Shown one piece after another: positions 1 through 10,260 of a stretch of 64,000 nt of DNA. Both the position numbers and the translations under genes were made by a program. Below the pieces are notes generated by a model. The model was not told the origin of the DNA, did no database searches, and was given only the letters and a program-made list of their open reading frames with translations. The stretch is from Polyangiaceae bacterium. Its GTDB lineage: Bacteria > Myxococcota_A > Polyangia > Polyangiales > Polyangiaceae. The stretch's first letter is position 1. Each line of letters begins with the position of its first letter. The stretch spans positions 160,001 through 224,000 of the forward strand of contig JBNKBE010000007.1 of NCBI GenBank assembly GCA_050287085.1, read 5' to 3'.

Positions 1-194
1 TCACCACCACTTCCCGAGCTGTTGTTGTCGCCGCCTGCGCCAGCTTCACCCTGGGCGGGCTTGGTTGTACCCCCGTCTTGGCCTGACTGGCCTGCCTGCC
101 CTGACGCCTTGCTCGACTCGTCGGAGCCGCACGCGCTAAGGACGGCGGGTGTTAACAGCAACGCTAGGGCCCAGGAATGACGAGCGCAGTTCAT
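1..194 (-). CDS. Lipoprotein, 5' part only (runs off the window); Gly/Ser-rich linker
   Basis: My own translation from ATG at 194 (not in the ORF track): MNCARHSWALALLLTPAVLSAC-GSDESSKASGQAGQSGQDGG...; hydrophobic signal plus LSAC lipobox. Confidence 0.7.
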   Translation of the reverse strand, partial: MNCARHSWALALLLTPAVLSACGSDESSKASGQAGQSGQDGGTTKPAQGEAGAGGDNNSSGSGG

Positions 195-398
195 CGTCGC
201 AGCATAGCGGCTAATTGCACGCCCTGGCGGAGTAATTGCGGCGCACGCTAGGCCACGGCTGATTTTTCCAGCCACAAGCGGCTGCTGACAGACGATCTTT
301 GCGATTCGACCGCAGGAGTTGGCATCGAAGTGCTCAGCTCGACAACGTCAATGGCGGACCGTTTCACTCGGGGGCGAGCGCCCTCTTGCCGGGGGCTT

Positions 399-941
399 TC
401 AAGGATGTTTCGGCAGATAGTCAGCGAAGGCTTCCACGGGGTGAAGTGACTCGTAGACTCGCGCTCGGGCAACCCGCACCCGGTCGTCTGCCATCGCCTC
501 GGTGGCGACATGGTAGAGCCACTCGGCGATACGTTCGGAAGTGGGTGTGAAGGGGAAGACGCAGACTTTGATGCCACCAGGGTGTTCATTCTGGGCGCCC
601 CCGAGGACTCCTTCGAAGGCGGCCTGCGGTGAGCCGCAGTGTCCGTGAACCGCCTGTCGCGACTGGACCAACTGGGTGCCAACGAGACTCAGTCCTTGGG
701 TGACCTCGTCGTAGCTTTCGCGGCCAAGGGCGAGGGAATGGTCAAGCAGTCGATGGCACGCTTGGAGCACTTGCTCATCGAGTACGTCGAAGTCTGCCAC
801 GAACCCCTGCGCGTCGAGGGCATCGGCTTCAAGGGTTAGCTCGAATAGCCAAGTGTGACCGTGGAGCGAGATGCAAGGCCCAAGATGACCCCGCACGTGG
901 TGTGCAAAGTGGATGTGGATGCCGCTGGTAACTCGATACAT
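399..941 (-). CDS. queD: 6-carboxytetrahydropterin synthase (QueD/PTPS family) with an internal insertion
   Basis: F-x-H-H, CISLHGHTW (C-x3-HGH), DF..L, LDH, PTSERIA and VYES motifs; start reassigned to MYRVTSG. Confidence 0.8.
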   Translation of the reverse strand: MYRVTSGIHIHFAHHVRGHLGPCISLHGHTWLFELTLEADALDAQGFVADFDVLDEQVLQACHRLLDHSLALGRESYDEVTQGLSLVGTQLVQSRQAVHGHCGSPQAAFEGVLGGAQNEHPGGIKVCVFPFTPTSERIAEWLYHVATEAMADDRVRVARARVYESLHPVEAFADYLPKHP

Positions 942-1075
942 GGGATCGCCCGGGGTGGGTCTAGGGGGAGGTCTGTGTCCCTTAGCGCAGCCGCCCCGAA
1001 AACGCCATGTGGCGTCCGCGCGGAGTTGGCGACGGTCTCGACCAGCTCGCGACTGACATTGCCATTCGCGGGTCC

Positions 1076-1594
1076 TTACGAACCCAGCACGCGGCGACGT
1101 TCTTGTGCGATATGCCGGTGCACGTTGCGCTGCGCCTCGACCCGCTCGACCAGGGTCCAAACATCACCAGCGTGGCTTTCCCCGGCGCAGGTCAGGAGCA
1201 GGTCTGTGGCTCGCTCAGCTCCGATCGCACCGAAATGGCGACCCGGTAGCTCGACCACCGCAGTCCTGGCTCGAAGCCCCTCCAGCACCCGTAGCAGCCG
1301 CTCGGTCACAGTTTGGAAGACGTCCTCGTCGAATTGGTCGCGTGCGCCCAGTCCGAGCAGCAGGATCTTTTCGAAGGGCAGGCGCGGTTTGCCCTGAACT
1401 AGCACCACTTCTCCGACGGATCCGGTGGCAAACCCCCGGACGATGAGGCGAGAGATGGTACCCGCCAGGCGCCAGTCGACGAGTCCTGCTACGCCGCGAG
1501 GCGGTTGTTCGTCAGCAAGCAGTCCAGCCACGAGCACCTCGGTGCCGATTTGGTCCAGGGCCGCAAGGTCGGGCGAAGTGAAGCGAAGATCCAC
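1076..1594 (-). CDS. Stand-alone peptidase M17 (leucyl aminopeptidase) N-terminal-like domain protein
   Basis: PPRGVAGLVDWRLAGTISRLI...FATGSVGEVVL...KILLLGLG pattern; no catalytic M17 domain. Confidence 0.7.
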   Translation of the reverse strand: MDLRFTSPDLAALDQIGTEVLVAGLLADEQPPRGVAGLVDWRLAGTISRLIVRGFATGSVGEVVLVQGKPRLPFEKILLLGLGARDQFDEDVFQTVTERLLRVLEGLRARTAVVELPGRHFGAIGAERATDLLLTCAGESHAGDVWTLVERVEAQRNVHRHIAQERRRVLGS

Positions 1595-1667
1595 GTTGAA
1601 CGCAGCCTAGGTGAGGTCCCAGAAGAGTACAATACGAGCTCTGGCTGAGCTCGCGCTTGCCGTGATG

Positions 1668-2078
1668 TCAGGTAGGCCTGAGCCGCTTGGCGAGCTCGTC
1701 CAACACGCCGTTGACGAACTGCGAACTGCGATCAGCGCCGTAGCGTTTGGCTAGCTCCACGGCCTCGTCCAGGATGACTTCGACCGGTACATCCGGACGC
1801 AACATCAGCTCTCCGGTGCCGAGCCGCAAAATGTTGCGGTCGACCGGGCTCATTCGCTCGAGCCGCCAGTTGGACGAGGCCTGCTGGATCTTGTCGTCGA
1901 TCTCTTCGCGGTGCAGCCAAGTGTCCTGCACCAGTGGGTTGGCGTAGGCACGCCCTTCCACGTCGCCGGGCATTTCGCGCCAGAAGTGAGTTGTGACTTC
2001 TGCTGCACTGTGGCTTGCGGCCTCTGCGGCGAACAGCATCTGCAGGGCGGCCTCGCGCCCACTGGTCCGAGCGCCCAT
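1668..2078 (-). CDS. nusB: Transcription antitermination factor NusB
   Basis: R..RE.ALQ.LF, NWRLERM..VDRNILRL, EAVELAKRYG, FVNGVLD; directly follows ribH. Confidence 0.96.
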   Translation of the reverse strand: MGARTSGREAALQMLFAAEAASHSAAEVTTHFWREMPGDVEGRAYANPLVQDTWLHREEIDDKIQQASSNWRLERMSPVDRNILRLGTGELMLRPDVPVEVILDEAVELAKRYGADRSSQFVNGVLDELAKRLRPT

Positions 2079-2081
2079 GAT

Positions 2082-2561
2082 TCAGAGCTGCTGTTCTTTG
2101 AGTTTGCGGTCCAGCGAGACCATTTCCAAGGCGGCCAGGGCAGCGTCGGCGCCCTTGTTGCCGGCTTTGGTTCCGGCCCGCTCGATGGCTTGTTCGATGG
2201 TGTCCGTAGTCAGTACTCCAAAGGCAACCGGCACGCCGGTGTCAGCCGTTGTTCGACTCAACCCGTTGGCAGCGGCGCCGGCCACGTAGTCGAAGTGAGG
2301 CGTCCCGCCGCGGATCACCGCTCCCAAGGCGACGATGGCGTCGAAGCGCCCGGTCCGGGCCAAGCGTGTGGCGATGGCGGGCATCTCCCAAGCACCGGGT
2401 ACCTCGACCAAGGTCAATTGGTCATCGCCCACTCCGTGTTGCGCAAACGCGTTGCGGGCACCCGCTACCAACTGCGAGACGATAAAATCGTTAAACTTCG
2501 CCGCCACGATCGCGAAGCGCGCTTCTGGGATGGGGAGCAACGTGCCTGTCAGCGTCAGCAT
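2082..2561 (-). CDS. ribH: 6,7-dimethyl-8-ribityllumazine synthase
   Basis: [54 protein letters not shown]. Confidence 0.97.
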   Translation of the reverse strand: MLTLTGTLLPIPEARFAIVAAKFNDFIVSQLVAGARNAFAQHGVGDDQLTLVEVPGAWEMPAIATRLARTGRFDAIVALGAVIRGGTPHFDYVAGAAANGLSRTTADTGVPVAFGVLTTDTIEQAIERAGTKAGNKGADAALAALEMVSLDRKLKEQQL

Positions 2562-2571
2562 GGCGGGTTGT

Positions 2572-3741
2572 TTACGCCTGAAGGGGCACCGTGTCGAGCA
2601 CTTCCAACCCGTGTCCTCGGAGCCCGACCAGACGGGGGGGATTGTTGGTTAGCAAGCGGATCCGCGCCAAGCCGAGGGCGCGCAGCACCTGAGCGCCAAG
2701 ACCGTATTCGCGTATGCAGTGCTCGTGGGTATCCGCTTCCGACGCGTCCGGCCCCGACGCATCGGCTCGAAGCGTCTCCAATTGAGCGGTGAGTGAGCTA
2801 TGGCTATGCCCGGGGAGGTATACCAAGACGCCGCATCCCTCCTCTTCGATGCGCTGCAGCGCCAGTCTAGGGGAGGGCGACTGCTTGAGGCCGGTACTGC
2901 TGAGCGCGTCGCTCAGGGGCTGGGCCCGGTGCATGCGGCACAGGGCCGAATCAGTTGGGGTTCCGTACACCAGGGCCAACACCTCCACATCGTCCGGTGT
3001 ACGGAAGACGATGGCATCCCAATCGTGGCCGGTTTCCTGCAAGCGAACGCGGCTTTGGTGAACACGCTCGACGAGCAGCTCCGTCCGAAGCCGGAACTGG
3101 ATCAGGTCGGCGATGGTCAGGATGCGCATGTCGTGTTCACGCGCGAACACCTCGAGATCCGGCATTCGGGCCATCGTGCCGTCGTCCTTCATGATCTCGC
3201 AGATCACCCCTGCAGGATGCAGTCCGGCGAGTCGCGCCAAATCAACGGAGCCTTCCGTTTGTCCTGCCCGTACCAATACGCCTCCGTTGCGGGCCCGCAG
3301 CGGGAAGATATGCCCGGGGCATACGATGTCGCGGGGTGAGGCCGTCGGCGATGCCGCGACGGCGATGGTATGGGAACGGTCGGCAGCACTGATGCCCGTC
3401 GTGACGCCGCTGCTCGCCTCGATGCTGAGCGTGAAAGCAGTTCCGAGCGGTGGTCCGCCGCGCCATTGGGGTAGCGTCATCATGGGCAGCTCGAGCCGTT
3501 CCACCTGCGCTTCCGTGAGCGTCACACAGATGAGCCCTCGGCCGTACTTGGCCATGAAGTTGACGAGCTCAGGTGTCACCTTGTCGGCCGCGAAGACCAG
3601 ATCGCCTTCGTTCTCGCGATCCTCATCGTCGACCAAGATGATCATCTTTCCGTCGCGAATGTCATTGATACAGCGGCTGACGTGGCCTAGCAGGTCCGGA
3701 TCGACGTCGGCGTGGCGCAGCGCACCCAGCGTGTCACTCAT
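2572..3741 (-). CDS. ribB: 3,4-dihydroxy-2-butanone-4-phosphate synthase fused to a degenerate GTP cyclohydrolase II domain (RibBX type)
   Basis: [38 protein letters not shown]; the C-terminal domain keeps [10 protein letters not shown] and LLTNNP but lacks the Zn-binding cysteines. Confidence 0.92.
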   Translation of the reverse strand: MSDTLGALRHADVDPDLLGHVSRCINDIRDGKMIILVDDEDRENEGDLVFAADKVTPELVNFMAKYGRGLICVTLTEAQVERLELPMMTLPQWRGGPPLGTAFTLSIEASSGVTTGISAADRSHTIAVAASPTASPRDIVCPGHIFPLRARNGGVLVRAGQTEGSVDLARLAGLHPAGVICEIMKDDGTMARMPDLEVFAREHDMRILTIADLIQFRLRTELLVERVHQSRVRLQETGHDWDAIVFRTPDDVEVLALVYGTPTDSALCRMHRAQPLSDALSSTGLKQSPSPRLALQRIEEEGCGVLVYLPGHSHSSLTAQLETLRADASGPDASEADTHEHCIREYGLGAQVLRALGLARIRLLTNNPPRLVGLRGHGLEVLDTVPLQA

Positions 3742-3919
3742 ATTTCGGCCAATAGCACGACCGGCGTTTTCGTGCCTCCAGTGTTTCGAAGTGAACGCTG
3801 TGGCTGAACGAGCAGGGGGGCGCACGAGCCGCTTTTTTCGTCGCGGTCTTCATGTTTGCTCATCGTCGACCAGCCGCAATAGTTGACCCGTACCAGTTGG
3901 AACGGCTACCCCATAGGGG

Positions 3920-5140
3920 ATGTCGCTTTCCCCAAGTCCGGGTTTTGCGCAAGGACCCCAGGCACAACGCGTGTTTCATCCTCGAAGAAGTACCCCCGCC
4001 GACGTCGTTCGTCCCACACGGGCGGAGATTAGCCTGCCCAATCTGCGACACAATCTCCGCGTTTTGGCGCGGCGCACGCAGGCGCAGATATGGTGTGTTC
4101 TGAAGGCGGACGCCTACGGGCATGGGGCGAAAGCATGTGCGCGTACTTTGGAGCGGGCGGGTGCGGCGGGCGTCTGTGTTGCGCTAGTCGAGGAGGGAGT
4201 CGAGCTGCGCAGCGCGGGTATTACGCTTCCCATCTTGGTGATGGGCGGCTACTACGCCCGAGCGTACGACGAGTTGGTCGAGCAGCAGCTCACCCCTGTG
4301 CTGTGCAATGTCGAGCAGATCCGTCTCTACGCGGAGGAGGCTCGCCATCGGGGGCTTGCGCGCGTGCCGGCCCACATCAAGTTCGACACGGGCATGGCGC
4401 GCCTTGGTTTTCTACCGGCGCAGGTGGACACCTGTGCAAATGCCCTACAGGAAGCTCCAGAGCTGCATTTTGAGGGACTGATGACCCACTTCGCGTCGAG
4501 TGATCGCGCCACTGTCGAACGCCAAGCGGCGGTTTTCGAGCGTGTTAGGGCGGCCCTAGATATGCGAGGTCTGCGACCAGAACTCCGGCACGCAGCCAGC
4601 ACTGGCGCAATGCTTCTTCACGCCGACGCTCACTATGACGCGGTGCGACCGGGCCTTGGCGTGTTCGGGGTCGAGCCCGAAGCGGACACCGCTCCCGACT
4701 TGCGGCCAGCCATGCGGGTGCTGACAACGGTGGTTGCGCTTCGGGACCTTCCTGCCGGAGCCGCCGTGGGGTACTCCGGAATATGGCGCGCGCCAGGCCC
4801 CGCCCGGATCGCCACCATACCCATGGGGTATGCCGACGGTCTGAGTCGCCTGAACTCAAATGTGGGATATGTACTGATTCGTGGGATGCGAGCGCCCATT
4901 GTAGGGGCAGTGAGCATGGATATGACCACAGTGGACGTGTCTGCGATCCCCGAGGTGTCACTCGGCGACGAGGTGGTGGTTCTTGGTTCCCAGCGACTGC
5001 CTGTTGGGACCGAGCACAGCGCGGGGCAAGAGATTCAGTGCATCAGCGCCTCGGAACTTGCGGACCGGGAGGGCACAATTCCGTGGGAAGTGTTGACCAA
5101 TATTTCGCGACGAGTGCCGCGCTTTTATCGAGAGGCATAG
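3920..5140 (+). CDS. alr: Alanine racemase
   Basis: VLKADAYGHG PLP-lysine motif, HIKFDTGMARLG, MTHFA, GYADG, VSMD; start uncertain. Confidence 0.96.
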   Translation: MSLSPSPGFAQGPQAQRVFHPRRSTPADVVRPTRAEISLPNLRHNLRVLARRTQAQIWCVLKADAYGHGAKACARTLERAGAAGVCVALVEEGVELRSAGITLPILVMGGYYARAYDELVEQQLTPVLCNVEQIRLYAEEARHRGLARVPAHIKFDTGMARLGFLPAQVDTCANALQEAPELHFEGLMTHFASSDRATVERQAAVFERVRAALDMRGLRPELRHAASTGAMLLHADAHYDAVRPGLGVFGVEPEADTAPDLRPAMRVLTTVVALRDLPAGAAVGYSGIWRAPGPARIATIPMGYADGLSRLNSNVGYVLIRGMRAPIVGAVSMDMTTVDVSAIPEVSLGDEVVVLGSQRLPVGTEHSAGQEIQCISASELADREGTIPWEVLTNISRRVPRFYREA

Positions 5141-5282
5141 TCTAGGGCCGCTGGCGCCGCGTGCTGGGCCTCGGTGGGGTCAGTTCATGCTAGCAAAGTG
5201 GAATCCCAAGTTTTTCGCATTTTTTCCTGACCTGTCTGGCGCACGGAAAGCATAGTCGGTAGCTTCGCCTTGGGCGCGCGGT

Positions 5283-5372
5283 GAATCGAGTGACAGCGAA
5301 TCGAGTGACAGCGAATCGAGCAACTTCCCACCGTACGATTGACCGCAGTACGATCTACCGCTGTGCGATTGA
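5283..5372. repeat. Two adjacent 15-bp tandem repeats upstream of the histidine kinase
   Basis: GAATCGAGTGACAGC x2.5 (5283-5320, perfect), then GTACGATTGACCGCA / GTACGATCTACCGCT / GTGCGATTGA (5333-5372, degenerate). Confidence 0.85.
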
Positions 5373-5399
5373 AGGCGGGCCTGCGATAGGGATCCGGGC

Positions 5400-6473
5400 G
5401 TGACCCTCGTTGTCTATTCCCCTGACGACGAAGCGGGAGCCATGCTTTGTTCGGCCTTGGCGCGACAGTCGGTTCCGAGCCGATGGTCTCGGAACTTCGA
5501 GATCATGGACGGAAGCGCGCTGGTGGCGGTAGTCGACGACGCGCTCCCGCGCTTCGAAGAGCTGATCGAGCAGGCCAAGGCAAGACCCTGGATGCGTTCA
5601 TACCTGATTTCGACGCACGTTCAGTCGCAGCTGGTGCCTGCGTCCAGGTTGGTGCAGAAGCCCTTTGACGCCGCTTGGTTTGCCTGCGCCCTGCGCTTCG
5701 AATACCAACTGGCAGATCTCGATCGGCAACGTCATACGGAGACTCAGCGCTTGGAAAGCGAGCTTCAGCACTCCCAGCGGCTTGCCCACCTCGGCCAGAT
5801 TGCGGCGACGATGTCGCACGAAATCAACAATCCACTGGCCGTCATTCGGAGCTGCGCCGCGTGGATCGCGGAGTACGCGGCGCAAAACCCTGAGCCCGAC
5901 TTGGTGGAAGTGGCCGCAGACCTTGAGCTGGCATCGGAACGCATAGGGGGCTTCGTGGAACAAATGAGCGGCTTTTCTCGCAAGGGTCCGCCGTCGTTGC
6001 GTGATGTGCCGATAGCACGGGCGGTCGAAGTGGCGCTCCGCCTGGTGCGCCCGCGAGCAGCCGAGAAGGGTGTTCAGCTAGAGTTGGTCGATCCCAACGC
6101 GATGCTGCATCGAGCCATGCATGATTCCGGGCGCATATCACAAGCCATTTTGAATCTGCTGGCCAACGCTGTGGATGCCGCCGCGCTCGGTGGAAGACAA
6201 GTGTGGATTGATGTCGAGCGTAGTGCGGCACATCTTCACGTTCGCGTTGCTGACAACGGTCCCGGCGTGCCAGACGAGATCGGCTCGCGCGCGTTCGAGC
6301 CGTTTGCCACAACCAAGCCTCCCGGGCAGGGTACCGGACTTGGGTTACCTTTGTGTCGTGCCATCTTGCTGGAGCATGCTGGAAACGTCACCCTTTCGGC
6401 GCGACCCGGAGGTGGGACTGTCGCTGAGCTCGTGTGGCCGGTTGGAGGGCCCCTGCGCGGGGAGGTGCACTGA
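5400..6473 (+). CDS. Cytoplasmic histidine kinase with a degenerate N-terminal receiver-like domain
   Basis: H-box SHEINNPL, N-box NLLANAVDA, G1 DNGPG, F-box FEPFATTK, G2 GTGLGL; N-terminal VVDD...KPFD; no transmembrane segments. Confidence 0.92.
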   Translation: MTLVVYSPDDEAGAMLCSALARQSVPSRWSRNFEIMDGSALVAVVDDALPRFEELIEQAKARPWMRSYLISTHVQSQLVPASRLVQKPFDAAWFACALRFEYQLADLDRQRHTETQRLESELQHSQRLAHLGQIAATMSHEINNPLAVIRSCAAWIAEYAAQNPEPDLVEVAADLELASERIGGFVEQMSGFSRKGPPSLRDVPIARAVEVALRLVRPRAAEKGVQLELVDPNAMLHRAMHDSGRISQAILNLLANAVDAAALGGRQVWIDVERSAAHLHVRVADNGPGVPDEIGSRAFEPFATTKPPGQGTGLGLPLCRAILLEHAGNVTLSARPGGGTVAELVWPVGGPLRGEVH

Positions 6474-6892
6474 TGTTGTGGCTCGAGCTCGCGGCTCAGC
6501 GTTTTCCTCTCCGGCCTGGGGAAACGACTCTTGGGCGAAGTCTCTACTGCACGGTTGTCGTCGGTGGTCGGATGGCGTCTCGCGAACACGCGACTATTGT
6601 CGTTCGGGGTGAGCAAGCGCTGCTCAGTGACGCAAACAGCCGCAACGGCACCTTCCTCAACGGCGCTCTTATCACCGCGCCGGTGCCGATATCGGCGGGC
6701 GACGTGATCGGCATCGGTTCTAGTACCATGAGGGTCGTCGAGCTTTCTGCCGATGAGGACGCGGCCAGCACAACCGCGGAGCGCAACCTGGACGAAGCCT
6801 CACTTCGGGAAGAACTGACGACCCTGAGTGACGTTTCATCAGTGCCGGCTGTCTCGCGTTCGAGCCGGAAGCCAAAGCCGCATTCCAAATAA
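6473..6892 (+). CDS. FHA domain protein
   Basis: LGRS, ASREHA, D.NSRNGTFLNG, GDVIGIG; its ATG overlaps the kinase TGA (TGATG). Confidence 0.92.
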   Translation: MLWLELAAQRFPLRPGETTLGRSLYCTVVVGGRMASREHATIVVRGEQALLSDANSRNGTFLNGALITAPVPISAGDVIGIGSSTMRVVELSADEDAASTTAERNLDEASLREELTTLSDVSSVPAVSRSSRKPKPHSK

Positions 6893-6928
6893 GGTAGCGA
6901 CGGCGGTCGGGGTGTTTCCGGGTGGGAG

Positions 6929-8602
6929 CTAGCGCGTGATCGGCTTGTACTTGATCCTGTGCGGTTCCAGCGCATCGGAACCGAGTCGTCGCTTCTTGTC
7001 GGCCTCGTAGTCGTCGAAGTTCCCCTCGAACCATATCACTTGGCTGTCTCCCTCAAAGGCGAGCATATGCGTGGCGATGCGGTTGAGAAACCAACGATCG
7101 TGGCTAATGACTACCGCGCAGCCGGGAAAGCTGAGCAAAGCTGCTTCCAAGGCCCGTAGGGTTTCCACATCGAGGTCGTTGGTGGGTTCGTCGAGAAGCA
7201 GCAAGTTGCCGCCTGTGCGCAGGAGCTTCGCTAGGTGAACGCGATTGCGCTCACCACCTGATAAAGAGCCGATCTTCTTTTGCTGGTCGCTCCCGCGAAA
7301 GCCAAACCAGCTGCAGTAGGCGCGCGAGGCGACTTCTCTAGGGCCCACGTTGATGCGGTCTTCCCCGTTCGAGATCTCCTCCCATACGGACTTGTCGCTC
7401 GCCAGTGTGGCACGGCTTTGGTCTACGTAGGAAATGCTGACCGTCTCGCCGACGGTGAGGGTGCCGGCGTCGGGCTCTTCCTGTCCCGTGATCAACTTGA
7501 ACAGCGTGGTTTTGCCGGCGCCGTTCGCTCCGACCACGCCCACAATGCCGCTGCGCGGGAGGGAGAAGGTCAACTGATCGATCAGCAGCCGATCTCCAAA
7601 GCCCTTCGTCAAGGCGTCACCGACGAGTACCGTCTCGCCAAGGCGTGGTCCCGGTGGGATGCTGATTTCAGCCGCGTCTTTGCTTGCCTTGGTGGCGGAG
7701 GCGGACAGTTCGTCGTAAGCGCGCAGGCGTGCCTTGCCCTTGGCCTGACGGGCTTTTGCGCTCGAACGCACCCATTCGAGCTCTTGCTTGAGCTTGCGTT
7801 GAAGCGCGCTCTCCTGCTTCTCTTCGTCAGCCAATCGCGCTGACTTCTGTTCGAGCCAGGCGGTGTAGTTGCCCTTGAATGGATGGCCATGGCCGCGATC
7901 CAGCTCGAGGATCCACTCGGCGACGTTGTCCAGGAAGTAGCGGTCGTGGGTGACGGCGACGACGGTTCCTGGGAAGTCGTGCAGGAAGCGTTCGAGCCAC
8001 GCGACGGACTCTGCGTCGAGATGGTTTGTGGGCTCGTCGAGCAGGAGCATATCGGGTTTGGCGAGCAAGATCTTGCACAGAGCCACGCGGCGCTTCTCAC
8101 CACCGCTGAGGTGTTCAATCTTGGCGTCCCCGGGAGGCAAGCGCAGGGCGTCCATCGCAATGTCGACCGTCGAGTCCAGGTTCCACGCATCGGCGGCGTC
8201 GATCTGGTCTTGGAGCTCGGCCTGTCGCGCCATGAGCGCGGTCATGGCCTCGTCATCCATTGGCTCGGCAAACTGCATGTTGACCGCTTCGAAGTCGGTG
8301 AGCAGCTTTCGCGTTTCGGCTACCGCAGATTCGACTGCGTCCCGCACCGTCTCGAAACCCTCGAGCTGCGGTTCCTGTTCGAAGTAGCCGATCTTCGTTC
8401 CGGGATGAGGTTTGGCTTCACCCAAGAACTCCTGGTCTACCCCTGCCATGATGCGGAGTAGTGAGGACTTCCCGCTGCCGTTTACGCCCAGCACTCCGAT
8501 CTTCGCACCGGGGAAGAAGGCGAGATGGATGTTGCTCAGAACCTTCTTGTCCGGGGGGTGGACCTTGGTCACCCCCGTCATCGTAAAAATGAAGTCAGCC
8601 AT
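6929..8602 (-). CDS. ettA: Energy-dependent translational throttle protein EttA (ABC-F)
   Basis: Two ABC domains (GVNGSGKS and [19 protein letters not shown]); typical FFPGAKIG N-terminus and PHRIKYK C-terminus. Confidence 0.96.
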   Translation of the reverse strand: MADFIFTMTGVTKVHPPDKKVLSNIHLAFFPGAKIGVLGVNGSGKSSLLRIMAGVDQEFLGEAKPHPGTKIGYFEQEPQLEGFETVRDAVESAVAETRKLLTDFEAVNMQFAEPMDDEAMTALMARQAELQDQIDAADAWNLDSTVDIAMDALRLPPGDAKIEHLSGGEKRRVALCKILLAKPDMLLLDEPTNHLDAESVAWLERFLHDFPGTVVAVTHDRYFLDNVAEWILELDRGHGHPFKGNYTAWLEQKSARLADEEKQESALQRKLKQELEWVRSSAKARQAKGKARLRAYDELSASATKASKDAAEISIPPGPRLGETVLVGDALTKGFGDRLLIDQLTFSLPRSGIVGVVGANGAGKTTLFKLITGQEEPDAGTLTVGETVSISYVDQSRATLASDKSVWEEISNGEDRINVGPREVASRAYCSWFGFRGSDQQKKIGSLSGGERNRVHLAKLLRTGGNLLLLDEPTNDLDVETLRALEAALLSFPGCAVVISHDRWFLNRIATHMLAFEGDSQVIWFEGNFDDYEADKKRRLGSDALEPHRIKYKPITR

Positions 8603-8841
8603 GACGATCAGCGCCCGATCCTAGGGATAGGAGTGGCGGGCAGGCAACAGCGAAAGGGAGAGCTGCACTCGCGAGACTCAGATCGGCCCCGGGGCGGCAC
8701 GTATTGCGCAATCGTGTTCGCGTGCCTCGGCGCTGAGAAGGCCCGCCGCCGCGTCGTGTCGATCCGAAGGGGCGGGGCCGCGGCGATGCCCCTGCTTTGG
8801 CGTACCGAGGACCGGCTCTCTCTGTGGTTGTTCGGTCAACC

Positions 8842-10260
8842 ATGCCTTCTGGATCGGTTCCTGGTGGGGGCATCGCGTCAAGCAAAGCGCTTGTTTCCTG
8901 GCGACAGGTAATTACGCTTTGGCGAGTGATCCGAACCTGGCGGGCATATTGGCTTTTTGCCACCGTCTTTGCATCCTATGGACTGCAGTGGGCCCTAGCC
9001 CGCGGCCGCTGGGTGGGCGCCGGCGCGCGTTGGGAGCGCGTGCATCAACTCAATGCGGAGCGCCTCTTTCGAGGCTTTGCGCGGCTTGGTGGAGTCTACA
9101 TCAAGCTTGGACAAGTGCTCAGCGTCCTGGGCTCCTTCCTACCAGAAGTGTACTCTCGCACGTTGGAGCAGCTGCAAGACTCGGTCCCGGCGAAGCCTTT
9201 CAGCGACATCGTCCGGCGACTCGAGGAAGGACTGGGGCCAGACGCTCTCGAACGTTTCCAAAGCATCGACCGCGAGCCCATCGCCGCGGCGTCGTTGGCA
9301 CAAGTCCACCGCGGCGTGACGGCGCAGGGTGATGTAGTGGCGATTAAAGTGCTCTACCCGGGCATCGAAAAGCTGGTTGAGAAGGACATTCGACTTCTGC
9401 TGTGGGTGGCGCGGATCGCCCGCCCCCTGTTTGGCTTTGGAGACATGCGGGCTCCAGTGGCGCAGCTGCGGGCGATGCTGGTGCATGAGACCGACTACGT
9501 CCGGGAACGACAGAACATCGAGCGCGTGCGAGCCATGTTTGTCGATAGAGACGACCTGCTGGTGCCTCGCGTGTACGAGCAGCTTTCGGGGCGTGCCGTG
9601 CTGGTCATGAGCTATGAGTCAGGGATCAAGGTTAGCGACGTTGACGCTCTCGCCGCACACGGGATTGATCGCGATGCGATCGCAGCGACGATCACCGACT
9701 GCTTTCTCTGCATGTTGCTGCAACATCATGTCTTCCACGCCGATCCTCATCCCGGCAATCTGCTTGCGCGAGCCGGCAATCGGGTGGTGCTATTGGACTA
9801 CGGCGCGGTGGAGGATATCCGTCCAGAGCTCGTTTCAGGACTGAAGAAAGTCATGCTGGGTGCGCTCAGCCGCCGCAGCAGTCAGGTGATCGAAGGCGTC
9901 GAGGAAATGGGTTTTGTTGCGGAGGGCGGGGACCGCGAGCTACTCAGAGAGCTGGGGGAAGAATACCTGGCGCGCCTGAAGCAGATAAACATCAAGGATT
10001 TTGGACATCTCAGTCCGGCAGAGCTGCGGGCCTTGAGCGGGCTAGACCAATTGCGAGGGCGCATGCGGCGCTTCACTTCGAGCGTTCAGTACCCGGAAGG
10101 ATACTTCTACGTCGAGCGCACCCTGTCTTTGCTGTTTGGAGTGATCGGGCGTCTGGCGCCGGGCAAGGGACTGCTCGGCGTGGGCGCCCCATTTGCTGCC
10201 CGTGCACTGATGCGTGGATATGCACACCAGGGCCCGCGCCCTCAGCGGGCAGTCCCGTGA
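8842..10260 (+). CDS. UbiB/AarF/ABC1 family atypical kinase
   Basis: YIKLGQ (KxGQ), AAASLAQVH, VAIKV, HADPHPGN, LLDYG; start uncertain. Confidence 0.92.
   Translation: MPSGSVPGGGIASSKALVSWRQVITLWRVIRTWRAYWLFATVFASYGLQWALARGRWVGAGARWERVHQLNAERLFRGFARLGGVYIKLGQVLSVLGSFLPEVYSRTLEQLQDSVPAKPFSDIVRRLEEGLGPDALERFQSIDREPIAAASLAQVHRGVTAQGDVVAIKVLYPGIEKLVEKDIRLLLWVARIARPLFGFGDMRAPVAQLRAMLVHETDYVRERQNIERVRAMFVDRDDLLVPRVYEQLSGRAVLVMSYESGIKVSDVDALAAHGIDRDAIAATITDCFLCMLLQHHVFHADPHPGNLLARAGNRVVLLDYGAVEDIRPELVSGLKKVMLGALSRRSSQVIEGVEEMGFVAEGGDRELLRELGEEYLARLKQINIKDFGHLSPAELRALSGLDQLRGRMRRFTSSVQYPEGYFYVERTLSLLFGVIGRLAPGKGLLGVGAPFAARALMRGYAHQGPRPQRAVP

Noticed and set aside
3742..3920. FMN riboswitch upstream of the rib genes; preQ1 riboswitch upstream of queD (942-1075)
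   Set aside because: I could not find the conserved aptamer motifs in either leader.
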